The notes under the pieces are model-generated. The model searched no databases. It saw only the letters and a program-made list of their open reading frames with translations, and was not told where the DNA came from. A stretch of DNA of 64,000 nucleotides from Geosiphon pyriformis uo1 (lineage: Eukaryota; Fungi; Glomeromycota). The position numbers were made by a program, and so were the translations under genes. Of this stretch, positions 63,220 to 64,000 are shown piece after piece (within the stretch, counting starts at the first letter, position 1; each line of letters opens with the position of its first letter). The stretch lies in contig JAAOMT010000779.1 in the NCBI GenBank assembly GCA_016748015.1, positions 62,001 to 126,000 on the forward strand. The letters are read 5' to 3'.

Positions 63220-63239
63220 NNNNNNNNNNNNNNNNNNNN
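63220..63239. other. Scaffold gap (20 N)
   Basis: Run of n characters. Confidence 1.
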
Positions 63240-64000
63240 CAAAACATTTGGAATGGCTCAGAGAAACCAAATCTATTTATTAAGTTAATTGAGAATTTAA
63301 ATTGATTGCTCCTACCATTTGTGATTGAATCTCTTGTATCCGATTGCTAGAATAGATTATTATAAGAGTTGGTAATATATTGTTCGAACAAAGGAGATGC
63401 TATGCCAATCATAACAAATGGATTTGTCCGATAAATTTTAATTTTTTTAAAACTTACTTCGAGGTGTACTGCTTAGCTTGTTGATCATTATAATACTAAG
63501 ATGATTATAAAGGTACAGCCATTTGCGTGGTTATTAACAAATAGAGGCAAAAAGCTTATTGAAATTATTAATAAACTTGAGCAATGTACTTTAATAAAAT
63601 TTGATACATGCGATTTCTGGGGGAGCTTGGTGTTCCGGGCGAGACATTGTAGTATGCTAAGTAACGGGTATCGTAAAAAAATTCAGACTGTAGATTTTAT
63701 AATGGGCCAAAAATTTTGGCCGCTCACGTGATTAATATAAATCTCAATTTATATCAAATTTCAGCCATCAGGATTTTTGTACCAAAATTCAATTGTTTAT
63801 AAATGGGCTACGCAACGCTAGATGCGGCTCTCACATTTCCCATATCTACATTCATAACTTCCTCCCTCTCTTCCTTTTCGTCAACGACATTATCGGGTAT
63901 AACTCATCCACCAGCTGGTTCATCGATCTTAATTACTGATACAGCAGTTACATCTGGTGATTTTCTACTACATCATTTTATCGTGAATCAAATAAAATCT
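63240..64000 (+). repeat. Identical duplicate of 61121-61881 (BUD23 5' part, promoter, ELP6 start)
   Basis: Sequence matches at an offset of 2119 bp with no difference seen. It starts exactly at the gap. Confidence 0.95.

Overview
Eukaryotic fungal genomic DNA, most likely Glomeromycotina (Geosiphon/Ambispora-like). This is inferred from the expanded TKL-kinase/SEL1 genes and the repeat families. The window has two compartments. (1) Bases 1 to ~50.2 kb are a nest of retroelements. There are several copies of an APE-RT-RNaseH non-LTR (LINE) family at very different stages of AT-ward decay, and an ORF1-only element that carries the same 3' tail. There is one full-length Ty3/Gypsy element (10584-20424) with a dUTPase, a Cys-rich insert and an extra ORF, plus at least four solo-LTR-type insertions with 4-bp TSDs. 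An island of two intact TKL kinase genes sits inside this nest; one is a SEL1-repeat/non-RD kinase. (2) Bases ~50.3-62.9 kb are a dense cluster of intron-rich housekeeping genes: RPL23, CLD1-like hydrolase, SH3BGR-like protein, PalC, MOCS1A/B, PRKRIP1-like protein, BUD23 and ELP6. After an N-gap, the last 761 bp duplicate 61121-61881, probably an assembly artefact. The strongest signals are transition-only (C>T/G>A) hypermutation confined to repeats, the unusual Gypsy architecture, the ORF1-only retroelement, the SEL1/non-RD kinase with a neighbouring RD kinase, and an intron-retention switch between MOCS1A and a MOCS1A-B fusion.
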